A stretch of 64,000 nt of DNA from an uncultured Acidimicrobiales bacterium (GCA_937969345.1 CALBVK010000246.1:463-64462), one strand, 5' to 3'. Shown: positions 42,323-51,919, numbered from the stretch's first letter. Numbers and translations: made by a program. Notes: a model not told the origin generated them from the sequence alone.

Positions 42323-43591
42323 GTGAGCGAAAGCATCACCATTACTGACAACCGCACCGGCGAGACCGTAGAGGTTCCAATCGTTAACGGAGCGGTTGAC
42401 GCCGGAGCCTGGAAGAAGCTCATGCCCGGTACGTGGTTCCTGGACCCAGCGTTCGGAACAACTGCGAGCACCGAGTCAGCAATCACCTTCCTCGATGGTG
42501 GCAATGGTGTGCTCGAATACCGCGGCTACCCAATCGATCAGCTGGCCGAGAAGTCATCACATCTCGAGGTGTCGTACCTCCTGCTGAACGGCGAACTGCC
42601 CAACACGACCGAACTCGATGCGTGGACGAACGAAATCACCCATCACACCTACTTGCATGAGAACTTCCGTCGTCACGTGCACGATGCATTTCACTACGAC
42701 GCTCACCCAATGGGCCTGCTCACGTCCTCGGTCGCTGGCTTGTCGACCTTCTACCCCGAGTCGAAGGACATCGAGGATCCCGAGAACCGGATGCATCAGA
42801 TCGTTCGTCTGATCGCAAAGATGCCAACCCTCGCCGCCGCCGCGTACCGCTTCAGCAAGGGCCTCCCGTTCGTGTTCCCTCGCAACGACCTCGACTATGC
42901 GTCGAACTTCTTGTCGATGATGTTCTCGATCGCCGAGGACGACTACATCCCCGATCCGGCACTCAAGCGCGCCATGGAGATTCTCTTCATCCTGCACGCT
43001 GATCACGAGCAGAACTGTTCGACGACGGCCGCCCGCGTCGTTGGCTCGGCACATGCCGATCCATATGTATCGGTCGCCGCCGCATGTGCAGCGCTCTACG
43101 GCCCACGCCACGGTGGAGCGAACGAAGCAGTCCTCCGGATGCTCGCCGAGATCGGAAGCTACGAGAACGTTCCTGCGTACATGGAGCGGGTTAAGAGCGG
43201 CGAAGAACGCCTCATGGGCTTTGGCCACCGGGTGTACAAGAACTACGACCCACGCGCTCGGATCATCAAGGACGCCGCACACGACGTCTTTAAGGTGACC
43301 GGCCAGAACCCACTGCTCGACATTGCGCTCAAGCTTGAAGAGGTCGCATTGGCCGATCCCTACTTCATCGACCGCAAGTTGTACCCGAACGTCGATTTCT
43401 ACTCGGGCCTGATCTACCAGTCGATGGGCTTCCCCGTCGAAATGTTCACCGTACTGTTTGCTATTCCACGCACGGTTGGTTGGCTTGCGCACTGGCAAGA
43501 GATGCTCCAGCAAGAGTCACGTATTGCGCGTCCTCGTCAGGTGTACACCGGTGTCGAGAGCCGTGATTACGTCTCGATCGATAACCGCTAA
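42323..43591 (+). CDS. gltA: Citrate synthase (type II)
   Basis: ILHADHEQNCSTTAARVVGS, GPRHGGANE and MGFGHRVYKNYDPRA are catalytic His/Asp contexts. GTG 42323 has GGAG 6 nt upstream (the track ORF starts at 42272). Confidence 0.93.
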   Translation: MSESITITDNRTGETVEVPIVNGAVDAGAWKKLMPGTWFLDPAFGTTASTESAITFLDGGNGVLEYRGYPIDQLAEKSSHLEVSYLLLNGELPNTTELDAWTNEITHHTYLHENFRRHVHDAFHYDAHPMGLLTSSVAGLSTFYPESKDIEDPENRMHQIVRLIAKMPTLAAAAYRFSKGLPFVFPRNDLDYASNFLSMMFSIAEDDYIPDPALKRAMEILFILHADHEQNCSTTAARVVGSAHADPYVSVAAACAALYGPRHGGANEAVLRMLAEIGSYENVPAYMERVKSGEERLMGFGHRVYKNYDPRARIIKDAAHDVFKVTGQNPLLDIALKLEEVALADPYFIDRKLYPNVDFYSGLIYQSMGFPVEMFTVLFAIPRTVGWLAHWQEMLQQESRIARPRQVYTGVESRDYVSIDNR

Positions 43592-43663
43592 CACCAGTTC
43601 GCGCATGTCACATGCCGCATCTCCGATGTGGCCATATTCCTTGCCTGGTTTACCCTAGCCACA

Positions 43664-45832
43664 ATGACTTCGCCGCTGCTCCGCCGCGCCCGAACGGGCC
43701 GACTCGGGGGCATCGTCGCGGGTTGTCTGCTCGCAACGACCCTTGGGATTGCGCCCGCGGCAGCTCAAGAGGCCGGGCCCGACGAATCCCCGGCTCCCCA
43801 CATCGATAATTCGGTTGACGAAGAGTCCATTGGTGACAGCGAGCTCGCCGAGTTGGCGGCCGATCCCTCGAGAGCGCCACAAGGCACCACCGTCGATGTC
43901 GAGGTCTACGGCCCAGACCTCGAAATCGTCACCGCGGCGATCACCGCGGCGAGCGGTGAAGCGTATGCACGAGTGCCCGGCTTCTTCGTCGAAGCCCGTG
44001 TGCCAGCGTTCGCGCTCGAACGGTTGAACGCAGCCAACGGCGTCACTCGAGTGGCCCAAGTAACAACCGCGATTCCGGCCTCGCAATCCCTGCAGATCAA
44101 TCCTGCATTGACGAACACCGTCGAGAACACCCTGCAGCTCAAACCCTGGCACGACGTTGGACACAAGGGAGTGGGGCAAAAGGTCGGCATCCTCGACATC
44201 TTTGGCACCGAAGAACTCGAGTTTGCGATCGCACAGGGTCGCGTCCCCGCCCCAGCGGGCACCTTCTGCCAGGAGAAAGGTCGCTCGTGCGCGATCACGG
44301 TCCGCAACGGCGGCCCCCACGGTGTAGCGGTAGCGGAGATTATCCACCGGGTCGCCCCCGACGCAGAGTTGTACTTTGCCACGGTTGCGACCACCGGAGA
44401 CCTCGCCGCGGCGATCGACTGGTTTGCAGAGCAGGGCGTCACCGTCATCAACAGGTCGGAAACCTCCGAATTCGACGGCGCCGGCGACGGCTCCGGGCCG
44501 ACAGCGGCATTGGTCAACCGGGCGGTGTCGCACGACATGGTCTGGGTTGCCGCGGGCGGAAACGCCGGAGGCAGCGAGGACCGTCCCGGACAGAACTGGA
44601 TCGGCCAGTTCAACGACCCGGACGGCAACGGGTTCCACAATTGGGCCGACGGCTCGGAGCGCATGGGCTTCACGTGCGGTTTCCTTCTCGGCATGCGTTG
44701 GGACGACTGGGACACGTCGACGATCGCCACCGACTACGACATCTGGATCTACGACGACGAGGGGGACCTCACTCCCGAAGCCCGCGGCGAGGACACCCAG
44801 AACGAAGCCGCCCACCGGCCGCTCGAGCACATCGAAACTCGCTGCTCGGGATCGACCGACCGCGACTACCTCGCGATTCGCCGCTTCGGAGACCCCCAGC
44901 CCGACGGCGTCGACACCATCCAGATCCTCGGCAACCAAACGCTGATGGATGAATGGGTCAACGCCGGCGCCGCCACTGGTCCTGGCGCCGACTCACGTAG
45001 CACCGGAGCGCTAACGGTGGGAGCGACCGTGCAGCCCGCAAGCCCGCTGCTGGCCGACTACTCCTCGCACGGGCCGACTCTCGACGGCCGGAACGGCGTC
45101 GATCTTGCGGGCCCGTCATGTCTGCCGGTTCCCGACTTTTTCAACTTCTGTTTCTCAGGGACCAGCGCAAGCGCACCAGTGGTCAGCGGTGTCATGGCGG
45201 TCATGCGTGGCGCTCGAGTCATCGAGTCCGCCACCGAAGCCGAGGCGCTGATTCCGCTCATTACCTCGGACCAAGGCGAACCCGGCGCAGACACCCGCTA
45301 CGGCCACGGCAGCCTTTCGCTCCCCGGCCCCGTAGATCTAAACGCTCGCGCCTTCCTCCCCTCTTGTGCCGGTGTCCCTGCAACGATTGTTGGTACCAAC
45401 GGCGATGACGTGCTCGTGGGGACAGAACGACGAGACGTGATCTTCGCCGGGCTCGGCAACGACACGGTCAATGCGCTCGGCGGGGACGATCTCATCTGTG
45501 GCGGCTTTGGCGAGGACATCATCGACGCTGGCGATGGCAACGACACGATCCTCGGTGGTCCCGGGGCCGACCAGATACGCGGTCGGGGTGGCGCCGACGA
45601 CATCAACGGCGGCCACGGCCACGACGACATCGAAGGCAACGCTGGAAACGACGACCTAAAGGGCTTTACCGGGCGCGACTACGTCAAGGGAGGCCTTGGT
45701 GACGATGTGGTCTTCGGCGGCGCTGGGAACGATCGGCTCGTGGGCGGCAAAGGTCTCGACGAGCTCTTTGGCGGAAACGGCGTCGACCGCTGTCGCGTGC
45801 CGGCCGAAACAATGGTGAGCTGCCGCCCGTAA
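43664..45832 (+). CDS. Secreted subtilisin-like (S8) serine protease with C-terminal RTX-like calcium-binding repeats
   Basis: Signal MTSPLLRRARTGRLGGIVAGCLLATTLGIAPAAAQ. Catalytic-triad contexts are VGILDIFG, GPHGVAVAEII and FSGTSASAPVVSGVMAVM. The C-terminal repeats read GTNGDDVLVG...GLGNDTVNALGGDDLICGGFGEDIIDAGDGNDTILGGPGAD.... Confidence 0.85.
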   Translation: MTSPLLRRARTGRLGGIVAGCLLATTLGIAPAAAQEAGPDESPAPHIDNSVDEESIGDSELAELAADPSRAPQGTTVDVEVYGPDLEIVTAAITAASGEAYARVPGFFVEARVPAFALERLNAANGVTRVAQVTTAIPASQSLQINPALTNTVENTLQLKPWHDVGHKGVGQKVGILDIFGTEELEFAIAQGRVPAPAGTFCQEKGRSCAITVRNGGPHGVAVAEIIHRVAPDAELYFATVATTGDLAAAIDWFAEQGVTVINRSETSEFDGAGDGSGPTAALVNRAVSHDMVWVAAGGNAGGSEDRPGQNWIGQFNDPDGNGFHNWADGSERMGFTCGFLLGMRWDDWDTSTIATDYDIWIYDDEGDLTPEARGEDTQNEAAHRPLEHIETRCSGSTDRDYLAIRRFGDPQPDGVDTIQILGNQTLMDEWVNAGAATGPGADSRSTGALTVGATVQPASPLLADYSSHGPTLDGRNGVDLAGPSCLPVPDFFNFCFSGTSASAPVVSGVMAVMRGARVIESATEAEALIPLITSDQGEPGADTRYGHGSLSLPGPVDLNARAFLPSCAGVPATIVGTNGDDVLVGTERRDVIFAGLGNDTVNALGGDDLICGGFGEDIIDAGDGNDTILGGPGADQIRGRGGADDINGGHGHDDIEGNAGNDDLKGFTGRDYVKGGLGDDVVFGGAGNDRLVGGKGLDELFGGNGVDRCRVPAETMVSCRP

Positions 45833-45844
45833 CGCAAGCGGCCT

Positions 45845-46516
45845 CTACTCGAGGACGATGTCGGGACGGCCCTGGCCAGCAGTCCAGTGCTTACGGCAGC
45901 GGAGTTCGTACCGGACGTCGGGCGCCTGTGCTGGGTCGTCGACGACCATCAGCTCTCCGTCGTATACCTGAACGCCGTCGACCACGCGAGCGTTGTGCGT
46001 GGCTCTGTCGCCGCACCAACAGCGAGCCTCGCATTGAATTGCCTCGGCAACATCGGCAAGCTCGAGCAACCGTGCCGTACCGTCGAACAAACGACCTCGA
46101 AAGTCGGTGAGTAAACCAAACGCAAAGACGTCGAGGCGCAGTTCATCAACGATCTCCGCGAGCTGTTCGATTTGGGTCGGTGAGTAGAACTGGACCTCAT
46201 CGCACACGAGGTAGTCCAGAACCTGTCCCCCGTTCCGAGCAATCTCTCGAATATCGACCTCGGGGTCGATCACCACTGCCTCTGCGCTGACACCGAGCCG
46301 GGAACTCACTCGGGCTCCCTTGCGATCGAGCATGCTACACAGCGCGCCGTTGAGGCCGCCATGGGTCAGGTTGTGATGGATCTGGAGAGCCTGGGTCGAC
46401 TTGCCAGAGCCCATTGTTCCAAAGGAAAACCGTAGGACGCCGATAACGGAGGTGTTGCTGCGCCGGGTACCCGGGATCGTCTGTTGAATAGAGAAGTTCG
46501 AAGGCGTAACCGTCAT
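45845..46516 (-). CDS. tdk: Thymidine kinase
   Basis: P-loop FGTMGSGKST and a C-terminal zinc-ligand pattern (CEARCWCG ... LRCRKH). ATG 46516 overlaps the nrdJ TGA (ATGA). Confidence 0.88.
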   Translation of the reverse strand: MTVTPSNFSIQQTIPGTRRSNTSVIGVLRFSFGTMGSGKSTQALQIHHNLTHGGLNGALCSMLDRKGARVSSRLGVSAEAVVIDPEVDIREIARNGGQVLDYLVCDEVQFYSPTQIEQLAEIVDELRLDVFAFGLLTDFRGRLFDGTARLLELADVAEAIQCEARCWCGDRATHNARVVDGVQVYDGELMVVDDPAQAPDVRYELRCRKHWTAGQGRPDIVLE

Positions 46517-49293
46517 GAGCATCCGCTAGTCGAGCCGCAATCGCGGCAGGCATAGCAGCTTCCCGCACGAACCATCTGCGTGCCGCACTGGCCGCAGAAA
46601 GGAGCGTCAGACACCGCTGCATCAGCGACCGGCGCTGGAGCCGTTGGTGCGTAGGCCGGGGTCGACGGAGGATCGCTCGGCACATCGAGCCCTTGGATCG
46701 ACGGGGTGACGGCCTCGTCCACGCCCGGAAGTGTTGGTTGGCTCCGTTCACCAGTGGTCAAGATGTTGCGAGCCTTGCGCTCCTCAATCGTCATGTATTC
46801 GACCGCGAGCCGGCGGAAGAGGTAATCCATGAGGCTCGATGCGATCCGCAGGTCTGCGTCGTCGGTCATGCCGGCGGGCTCAAAGCGCATGCCGACGAAG
46901 GCATCGACGAAAGCGCCGAGGGGCACTCCGTACTGCAACCCGTGACTGACCGAGATAGCGAACGCATCCATAATGCCGGCGAGGGTCGATCCCTGCTTGG
47001 ACACCCTGATGAACAGCTCACCCGGGCGGCCATCGGTGTACTCGCCCACGGTGACAAATCCCTTGCAGTCGGCGACCCGGAATTCAAATGTTCGCGAGGC
47101 TCGAGACCTCGGAAGCTTCTCCCGGCTCGGTTGTGCGACGGCTGCGACCACGGCATCGGCGACAGCCGCGGGTGACGCGGCGTCGTCGGTCTCGGCCGAC
47201 TTTGCGGTGAGCGGCTGTCCGACCTTGCAGTTGTCGCGGTAGAGCGCCACCGCCTTGAGTCCCAGCTTCCAGCTCTCGACCATGATGTCTTCGAACTCCT
47301 CGACGGACGTGGACTCCGGCGTGTTCACGGTCTTGCTGATCGCACCCGACAGGAACGGCTGCACGGCGGCCATCATCTTGATGTGTCCACCAGGGGCTAT
47401 CACGTTGTCGCCCATCGAGCATGCAAAGACCGCAACGTGCTCATCGGCGAGGCGTGGCGCTCCGAGAACCGAGCCGGTCTCGGCAATGTGGTCGATGATC
47501 CCATCGACAGCCTCGGTGTCGTAGCCCAGCTGGGTGAGCGCTCGACCCACACCCTGGTTCACGATCTGCATCGTCCCACCGCCGACCAGCTTCTTCATCT
47601 TCACCAAACCAAGGTCTGGCTCGATGCCGGTGGTGTCACAGTCCATGAGGAAGCTGATCGTTCCCGTAGGCGCCAAGACGGTCGCCTGGGCGTTGCGTAC
47701 ACCATGCTCGGCGGCTCGAACACACGTGTCGTCCCACGCTGCCTGAGCGGCTTGCAGGAGCTCCTCGGGGACGAGCGAGGCATCGATCTCGCCGACGGCG
47801 GCTGTGTGCATGCCGAGCACACGCTGCACGTTGTGGGCATCGGCTTCGTACCCATCGAAAGGACCAACACGTGCGGCCATTCGCGCCGACATGTTGTACG
47901 CAGAACCGCCCATGAGCGCAGTCACCGCAGCAGCGATTGCACGGCCGCGGTCCGAGTCGTATGGAGCACCAACGGCCATGAGCAAGGCCCCGAGGTTTGC
48001 ATAACCCAGTCCGAGCTGGCGGAACTTACGGGTGTTCTCGGCAATCTTGTCCGTTGGGTAGTCGGCGGGGCCAACAATGATCTCTTGGGCGGCAAACACC
48101 AGCTCAGCGGCGGCCACGAACTCATCGGTCTCAAAGAGCGCGCCGCTCTCTTCGGGACGATGGAAGGCGAGCAGGTTCAGGCTTGCGAGGTTGCACGCGC
48201 TGTTATCGACATGCATGTACTCAGAACACGGGTTGCTTCCGTTGATTCGGCCTGCGTTTGGAGTGGTGTGCCACCGGTTGATCGTGGTGTCGTACTGCAC
48301 GCCAGGATCGGCACACTCCCACGCCGCCTTTGCGATGTCACGCAGCAGTTCCCGGGCGGGCACCGTACGCATGACCTCACCCGTGGTGACCGAGCGTAGG
48401 TGCCACTCCGCGCCGGCCTCCACCGCTGCCATGAACTCATCGGTGACCCGAACAGAGTTGTTCGCATTTTGGTACTGGATGGAGAAGGAGTCGGCTCCGT
48501 CGAGATCCATGTCGAATCCGGCGTCGCGAAGGGCGCGAGCCTTTTGCTCCTCTTTGGCCTTGCACCATACGAACTCTTGGACGTCGGGATGGTCGATGTC
48601 GAGCATGACCATCTTCGCCGCCCGTCGGGTCTTGCCCCCGCTCTTGATCGTTCCCGCAGACGCATCGGCTCCACGCATGAAGCTCACCGGCCCCGACGCG
48701 GTACCTCCGCCGTTCAGCGTCTCGACCGACGAGCGGATCTTCGACAGGTTCACGCCAGCGCCTGAGCCACCCTTGAAGATCATGCCCTCTTCGGCGTACC
48801 AGTTGAGGATTGACTCCATGTCGTCCTCGACCGACAAGATGAAACATGCCGACGCCTGCTGCGGCACGTCGGCTACACCGATGTTGAACCACACCGGGCT
48901 ATTGAACGCCATCCGTTGCGAGACGATCAGATACTTGAGCTCAGCGTTGAACGTTTCGGCCTCGGCCTCGTCGGCGAAATACCCGCCATGGCGTCCCCAT
49001 GCCGTGATCGTGTCGACGACGCGATCGGCCACCTGACGAAGCGAGGTCTCGCGCTCGACGGTTCCCGGGGTCCCGCGGAAGTATTTCTGGGCGAGGATAT
49101 TGACCGCGTTCATCGACCAGTTGGTCGGCACCTCGATGTCGAGCTGTTCAAAGGCAACAGAGCCGTCACGCCAGTCATGAATGCGGGCGTCGCGACGTTC
49201 CCACTCGAACATGTCGTACACGTCGATTCCCGGGGAAGTGTGTACTCGCCGAAAGCCGAGAGCTGCGCCGAGAGGATGCGATGCGAGCGACAT
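46513..49293 (-). CDS. nrdJ: Class II (adenosylcobalamin-dependent) ribonucleoside-diphosphate reductase
   Basis: FEWERRDARIHDWRDGSVAFEQLDIEVPTNWSMNAVNILAQKYFRG, the catalytic region NPCSEYMHVDNSACNLASLNL, and a C-terminal Cys cluster CGQCGTQMVRAGSCYACRDCGSTSGC. ATG 49293 has AAGGA 5 nt upstream; the track ORF's 130 extra N-terminal codons look noncoding. Confidence 0.93.
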   Translation of the reverse strand: MSLASHPLGAALGFRRVHTSPGIDVYDMFEWERRDARIHDWRDGSVAFEQLDIEVPTNWSMNAVNILAQKYFRGTPGTVERETSLRQVADRVVDTITAWGRHGGYFADEAEAETFNAELKYLIVSQRMAFNSPVWFNIGVADVPQQASACFILSVEDDMESILNWYAEEGMIFKGGSGAGVNLSKIRSSVETLNGGGTASGPVSFMRGADASAGTIKSGGKTRRAAKMVMLDIDHPDVQEFVWCKAKEEQKARALRDAGFDMDLDGADSFSIQYQNANNSVRVTDEFMAAVEAGAEWHLRSVTTGEVMRTVPARELLRDIAKAAWECADPGVQYDTTINRWHTTPNAGRINGSNPCSEYMHVDNSACNLASLNLLAFHRPEESGALFETDEFVAAAELVFAAQEIIVGPADYPTDKIAENTRKFRQLGLGYANLGALLMAVGAPYDSDRGRAIAAAVTALMGGSAYNMSARMAARVGPFDGYEADAHNVQRVLGMHTAAVGEIDASLVPEELLQAAQAAWDDTCVRAAEHGVRNAQATVLAPTGTISFLMDCDTTGIEPDLGLVKMKKLVGGGTMQIVNQGVGRALTQLGYDTEAVDGIIDHIAETGSVLGAPRLADEHVAVFACSMGDNVIAPGGHIKMMAAVQPFLSGAISKTVNTPESTSVEEFEDIMVESWKLGLKAVALYRDNCKVGQPLTAKSAETDDAASPAAVADAVVAAVAQPSREKLPRSRASRTFEFRVADCKGFVTVGEYTDGRPGELFIRVSKQGSTLAGIMDAFAISVSHGLQYGVPLGAFVDAFVGMRFEPAGMTDDADLRIASSLMDYLFRRLAVEYMTIEERKARNILTTGERSQPTLPGVDEAVTPSIQGLDVPSDPPSTPAYAPTAPAPVADAAVSDAPFCGQCGTQMVRAGSCYACRDCGSTSGCS

Positions 49294-49639
49294 GATGTTC
49301 CTTGCTGAGACCACGAGGTCTCGCCGGTTCTGAGTGGAGGCGGTACCTCCAGAAGAACGAATGATTCGGGTATTTGTCAACGATTTCGAGCAGTGAATTG
49401 TTCCCTGAACGCGTTGGCAGCCGGCGCAGGGTCCCCTGGGGTCAAGTTCCCACGTGAGTGGTCCCTCCAGCGTGCCTAGGTTCCCTACTCCGGCTGCGCA
49501 CATCACGATACGGACGCTTGCCTGTGGGCGAAAAGAGGACGAGCTGTGAATATCTATGTGGATTTCGGTCGAGTTGTCCACATCTTGCGAGCAGCGGGTA
49601 CCCGTGCGTGCGTGCCGACCGTCGATATCGTTGCGGCGT

Positions 49640-50380
49640 ATGGACCAACTCTTCCCCACCCCTGTGGATGACGTCGATACCACCGCGATCTACGCTGCCG
49701 ACGAGAGAGCGGCCATCGCCGACCGACCGTGGGTGCTTGCCAACATGATCTCGTCGGTCGATGGCGCCGTTGCCATCGACGGGGTCTCCGGCGGGCTTGG
49801 CGGACCTGGCGATAAGGCCGCGTTTCGTGCAATCCGTGCCGTAGCCGACGTGATCATCGCCGCATCGGGAACCGTGATTGCCGAAAACTACCGCCGGCCG
49901 CAGACGCCTCCGGACATCCAGGAGATGCGGGTAGCGAGGGGTCAGTCCCCGCTCCCACGCATCGCCATCGTGAGCGGGTCGCTCAACATCTCGCCGGATC
50001 ATCGGGTCTTCGACCCCGAGGCGCGTCCTTTAGTGATCACCCATGCCAAGTCCCCCGCCGACCGCCGCGACATGCTCGGTACCGTCGCCGACATCATCAG
50101 CGCCGGGGATACCACCGTGGACCTCGCCGACGCACTGCGACAGCTCAAGACACTCGGGGCAAAAACGGTGCTCATCGAGGGCGGCCCGACGCTCAACGCC
50201 GCATTCGTTGGGGAAGACTTGATCGATGAGTTCTGTCTATCGTTCTCACCGTTGCTGGTCGGTGGCAACGGGCCCCGGGTCGTGGGGTCCACCCACAGCC
50301 ACGATCCACGACCAATGCGCCTCGACCGGACGCTTCACCAGGACGGATTTCTCTTCCATCGCTATCTTCGACAGCGCTAG
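49640..50380 (+). CDS. RibD C-terminal domain / dihydrofolate-reductase-like pyrimidine reductase family protein
   Basis: ANMISSVDGAVAIDGVSGGLGGPGDKAAFRAIRAVADVIIAASGTV and LIEGGPTLNAAFVGEDLIDEFCLSFSPLLVGG are typical RibD_C blocks. ATG 49640 chosen. Confidence 0.72.
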   Translation: MDQLFPTPVDDVDTTAIYAADERAAIADRPWVLANMISSVDGAVAIDGVSGGLGGPGDKAAFRAIRAVADVIIAASGTVIAENYRRPQTPPDIQEMRVARGQSPLPRIAIVSGSLNISPDHRVFDPEARPLVITHAKSPADRRDMLGTVADIISAGDTTVDLADALRQLKTLGAKTVLIEGGPTLNAAFVGEDLIDEFCLSFSPLLVGGNGPRVVGSTHSHDPRPMRLDRTLHQDGFLFHRYLRQR

Positions 50381-50482
50381 CAGCACCAGCACCGTGCAAT
50401 GCGGACGCGTCGACCCACGACGCATACCGCTTCCACACACGCTGAACCGTGCCTTGGGCTCGTGAACGCTGGGCGACCATCG

Positions 50483-50908
50483 TTACCCGCGAATGGTGGC
50501 GTGGTCGATGATGACGCGCTGGCCAATGTCGAGCTGGGCGCCGCCGGTTAGCTCCTTCAGCGCATCGACGATGGGGCGAATGTCCTCGCCTGGACGAGCA
50601 ACCTCGGTAGCGATCGCCCACAACGTGTCGCCTGGCTGCACGATGTACACCTCGATGGTGTCGTCGACGAGCTGCGACCGATCCGACACCGGCTCGACGG
50701 GACCGTTTGCGGCGGCGTCTCCACCGAAGCCGACGAGCGCACCGATAATCGCCAGGGCGAGAAGCGCAGCGACGACGAGGTTGATCACCGGGCCATCGGT
50801 GTTGCCAGCGTTGTGGCGGTTCGGCCGGCCCGAGCGCTGCGAGTCGTGTGCGGCCATAGGTGAACGCGGTGTGGCGGGGTGAGGATGAAGTTCGTGGGTC
50901 ATGGTCAT
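50483..50908 (-). CDS. LysM-domain membrane protein (Rv2719c-like, divergent from lexA)
   Basis: From ATG 50908 (AGGAG 7 nt upstream): MTMTHELHP..., then a TM helix VINLVVAALLALAIIGALVGF. The C-terminal LysM reads YIVQPGDTLWAIATEV...LDIGQRVII. Confidence 0.8.
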   Translation of the reverse strand: MTMTHELHPHPATPRSPMAAHDSQRSGRPNRHNAGNTDGPVINLVVAALLALAIIGALVGFGGDAAANGPVEPVSDRSQLVDDTIEVYIVQPGDTLWAIATEVARPGEDIRPIVDALKELTGGAQLDIGQRVIIDHATIRG

Positions 50909-51072
50909 CAGTATTCTCCTGGGGTGTGACACTGTCCCCGAAACCGTTGAAATCACGGCACTTTCGGGACAATTCCGTCGGACCTGGCTCCACCCAACTC
51001 CAGCGACTTCGGCCATGCGAGGTATGCAAAGCGAAGAAATCGTGGAGGTCCTTGACCGGGTACGGTTGTTCG

Positions 51073-51088
51073 GCGAACATGTGTTTGG
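51073..51088. promoter_or_regulatory. SOS (LexA) box, one mismatch in the GAAC-N4-GTTC core
   Basis: GCGAACATGTGTTTGG versus the actinobacterial consensus TCGAAC-N4-GTTCGA. It lies in the LysM/lexA divergent region. Confidence 0.55.
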
Positions 51089-51113
51089 CGAACTTCCGTT
51101 CCCTATGTATAGT

Positions 51114-51129
51114 ACGAACAGTTGTACGA
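51114..51129. promoter_or_regulatory. SOS (LexA) box, one core mismatch
   Basis: ACGAACAGTTGTACGA, adjacent to a TATAGT -10-like hexamer (51108-51113). Confidence 0.55.
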
Positions 51130-51142
51130 TGCAACGCTGAAG

Positions 51143-51158
51143 TCGAAAGTTTGTTCGA
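51143..51158. promoter_or_regulatory. SOS (LexA) box, one core mismatch
   Basis: TCGAAAGTTTGTTCGA, 50 nt upstream of the lexA ATG. It is largely enclosed by the 11-bp inverted repeat GCTGAAGTCGA (51136-51146) / TCGACTTCAGC (51159-51169). Confidence 0.65.
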
Positions 51159-51207
51159 TCGACTTCAGCGAAGTCCTCGGACACGAATCCACTACCGAAA
51201 GATCACC

Positions 51208-51840
51208 ATGACTGGCACCAATCTGACCGATCGCCAACAGTCGATTCTCGACTACATCGATTCTCAAAACCGCGAGCGCGGCTACCCACCGAGCGTCCGC
51301 GAAATCGGAACCGCTGTAGGTCTCACTTCTCCATCGACGGTGCATAGCCATCTCAATACCCTGCAAAAGCTCGGCTACTTGCGCCGCGACCCGTCAAAGC
51401 CACGTGCGATCGAGGTTCGGTACGACCCGAACTCGGGTGCGGTCATGGAGCGGTCTGCGGTCACCCACGTACCGCTCGTTGGCGACGTGGCTGCCGGAAC
51501 CGATGTCCTGGCCCACGAGAACGTCGAAGAACTCATGCCGTTGCCAACCGAATTCACGGGCGAGGGCGAGCTCTACATGCTTCGTGTCCGGGGCGAGTCG
51601 ATGATCAACGCCGGTATCCACGATGGGGACTTCGTCGTCGTCTGTCGACAAGACACCGCCCAGAACGGCGAGATCGTCATCGCTGGCATTCCCGGCGAAG
51701 AAGCGACCGTCAAGACCTACACGGCATCTGGTTCGACAGTTACGCTGCTCCCGGCCAACGACAGCCTCGAACCCATGGTCTTCAACGTCGGCGAAGTTCA
51801 AGTATTCGGCAAGGTCGTCACCGTACTGCGACGCTACTGA
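51208..51840 (+). CDS. lexA: LexA repressor
   Basis: MTGTNLTDRQQSILDYIDSQNRERGYPPSVREIG (winged HTH). Cleavage-site region VPLVGDVAAG. S24 peptidase motifs LRVRGESMINAGI and VVTVLRR. Confidence 0.95.
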   Translation: MTGTNLTDRQQSILDYIDSQNRERGYPPSVREIGTAVGLTSPSTVHSHLNTLQKLGYLRRDPSKPRAIEVRYDPNSGAVMERSAVTHVPLVGDVAAGTDVLAHENVEELMPLPTEFTGEGELYMLRVRGESMINAGIHDGDFVVVCRQDTAQNGEIVIAGIPGEEATVKTYTASGSTVTLLPANDSLEPMVFNVGEVQVFGKVVTVLRRY

Positions 51841-51919
51841 ACGCTCTTCGGCCGAGCGAGACACGCTCGAGGGCCGCAGGCAACCACACACTGCAACAAC
51901 GTCAGACCGAGGTCAGCGG

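Noticed and set aside
49545-49583. NrdR boxes upstream of nrdJ: TGTGAATATCTATGTG, and the inverted repeat ATGTGGA-N14-TCCACAT.
   Set aside because: The AT-rich 16-mer has TGTG at both ends rather than the ACAC...GTGT palindrome of the NrdR consensus as I remember it. The 7-bp inverted repeat has the wrong geometry. No nrdR gene is in the window. It is left as unassigned promoter-region symmetry.
49294-49683. 130-codon N-terminal extension of the nrdJ ORF in the track (start 49683).
   Set aside because: The extension has no similarity to class II RNR N-termini and contains the structured leader. ATG 49293 has a good SD and gives the canonical N-terminus.
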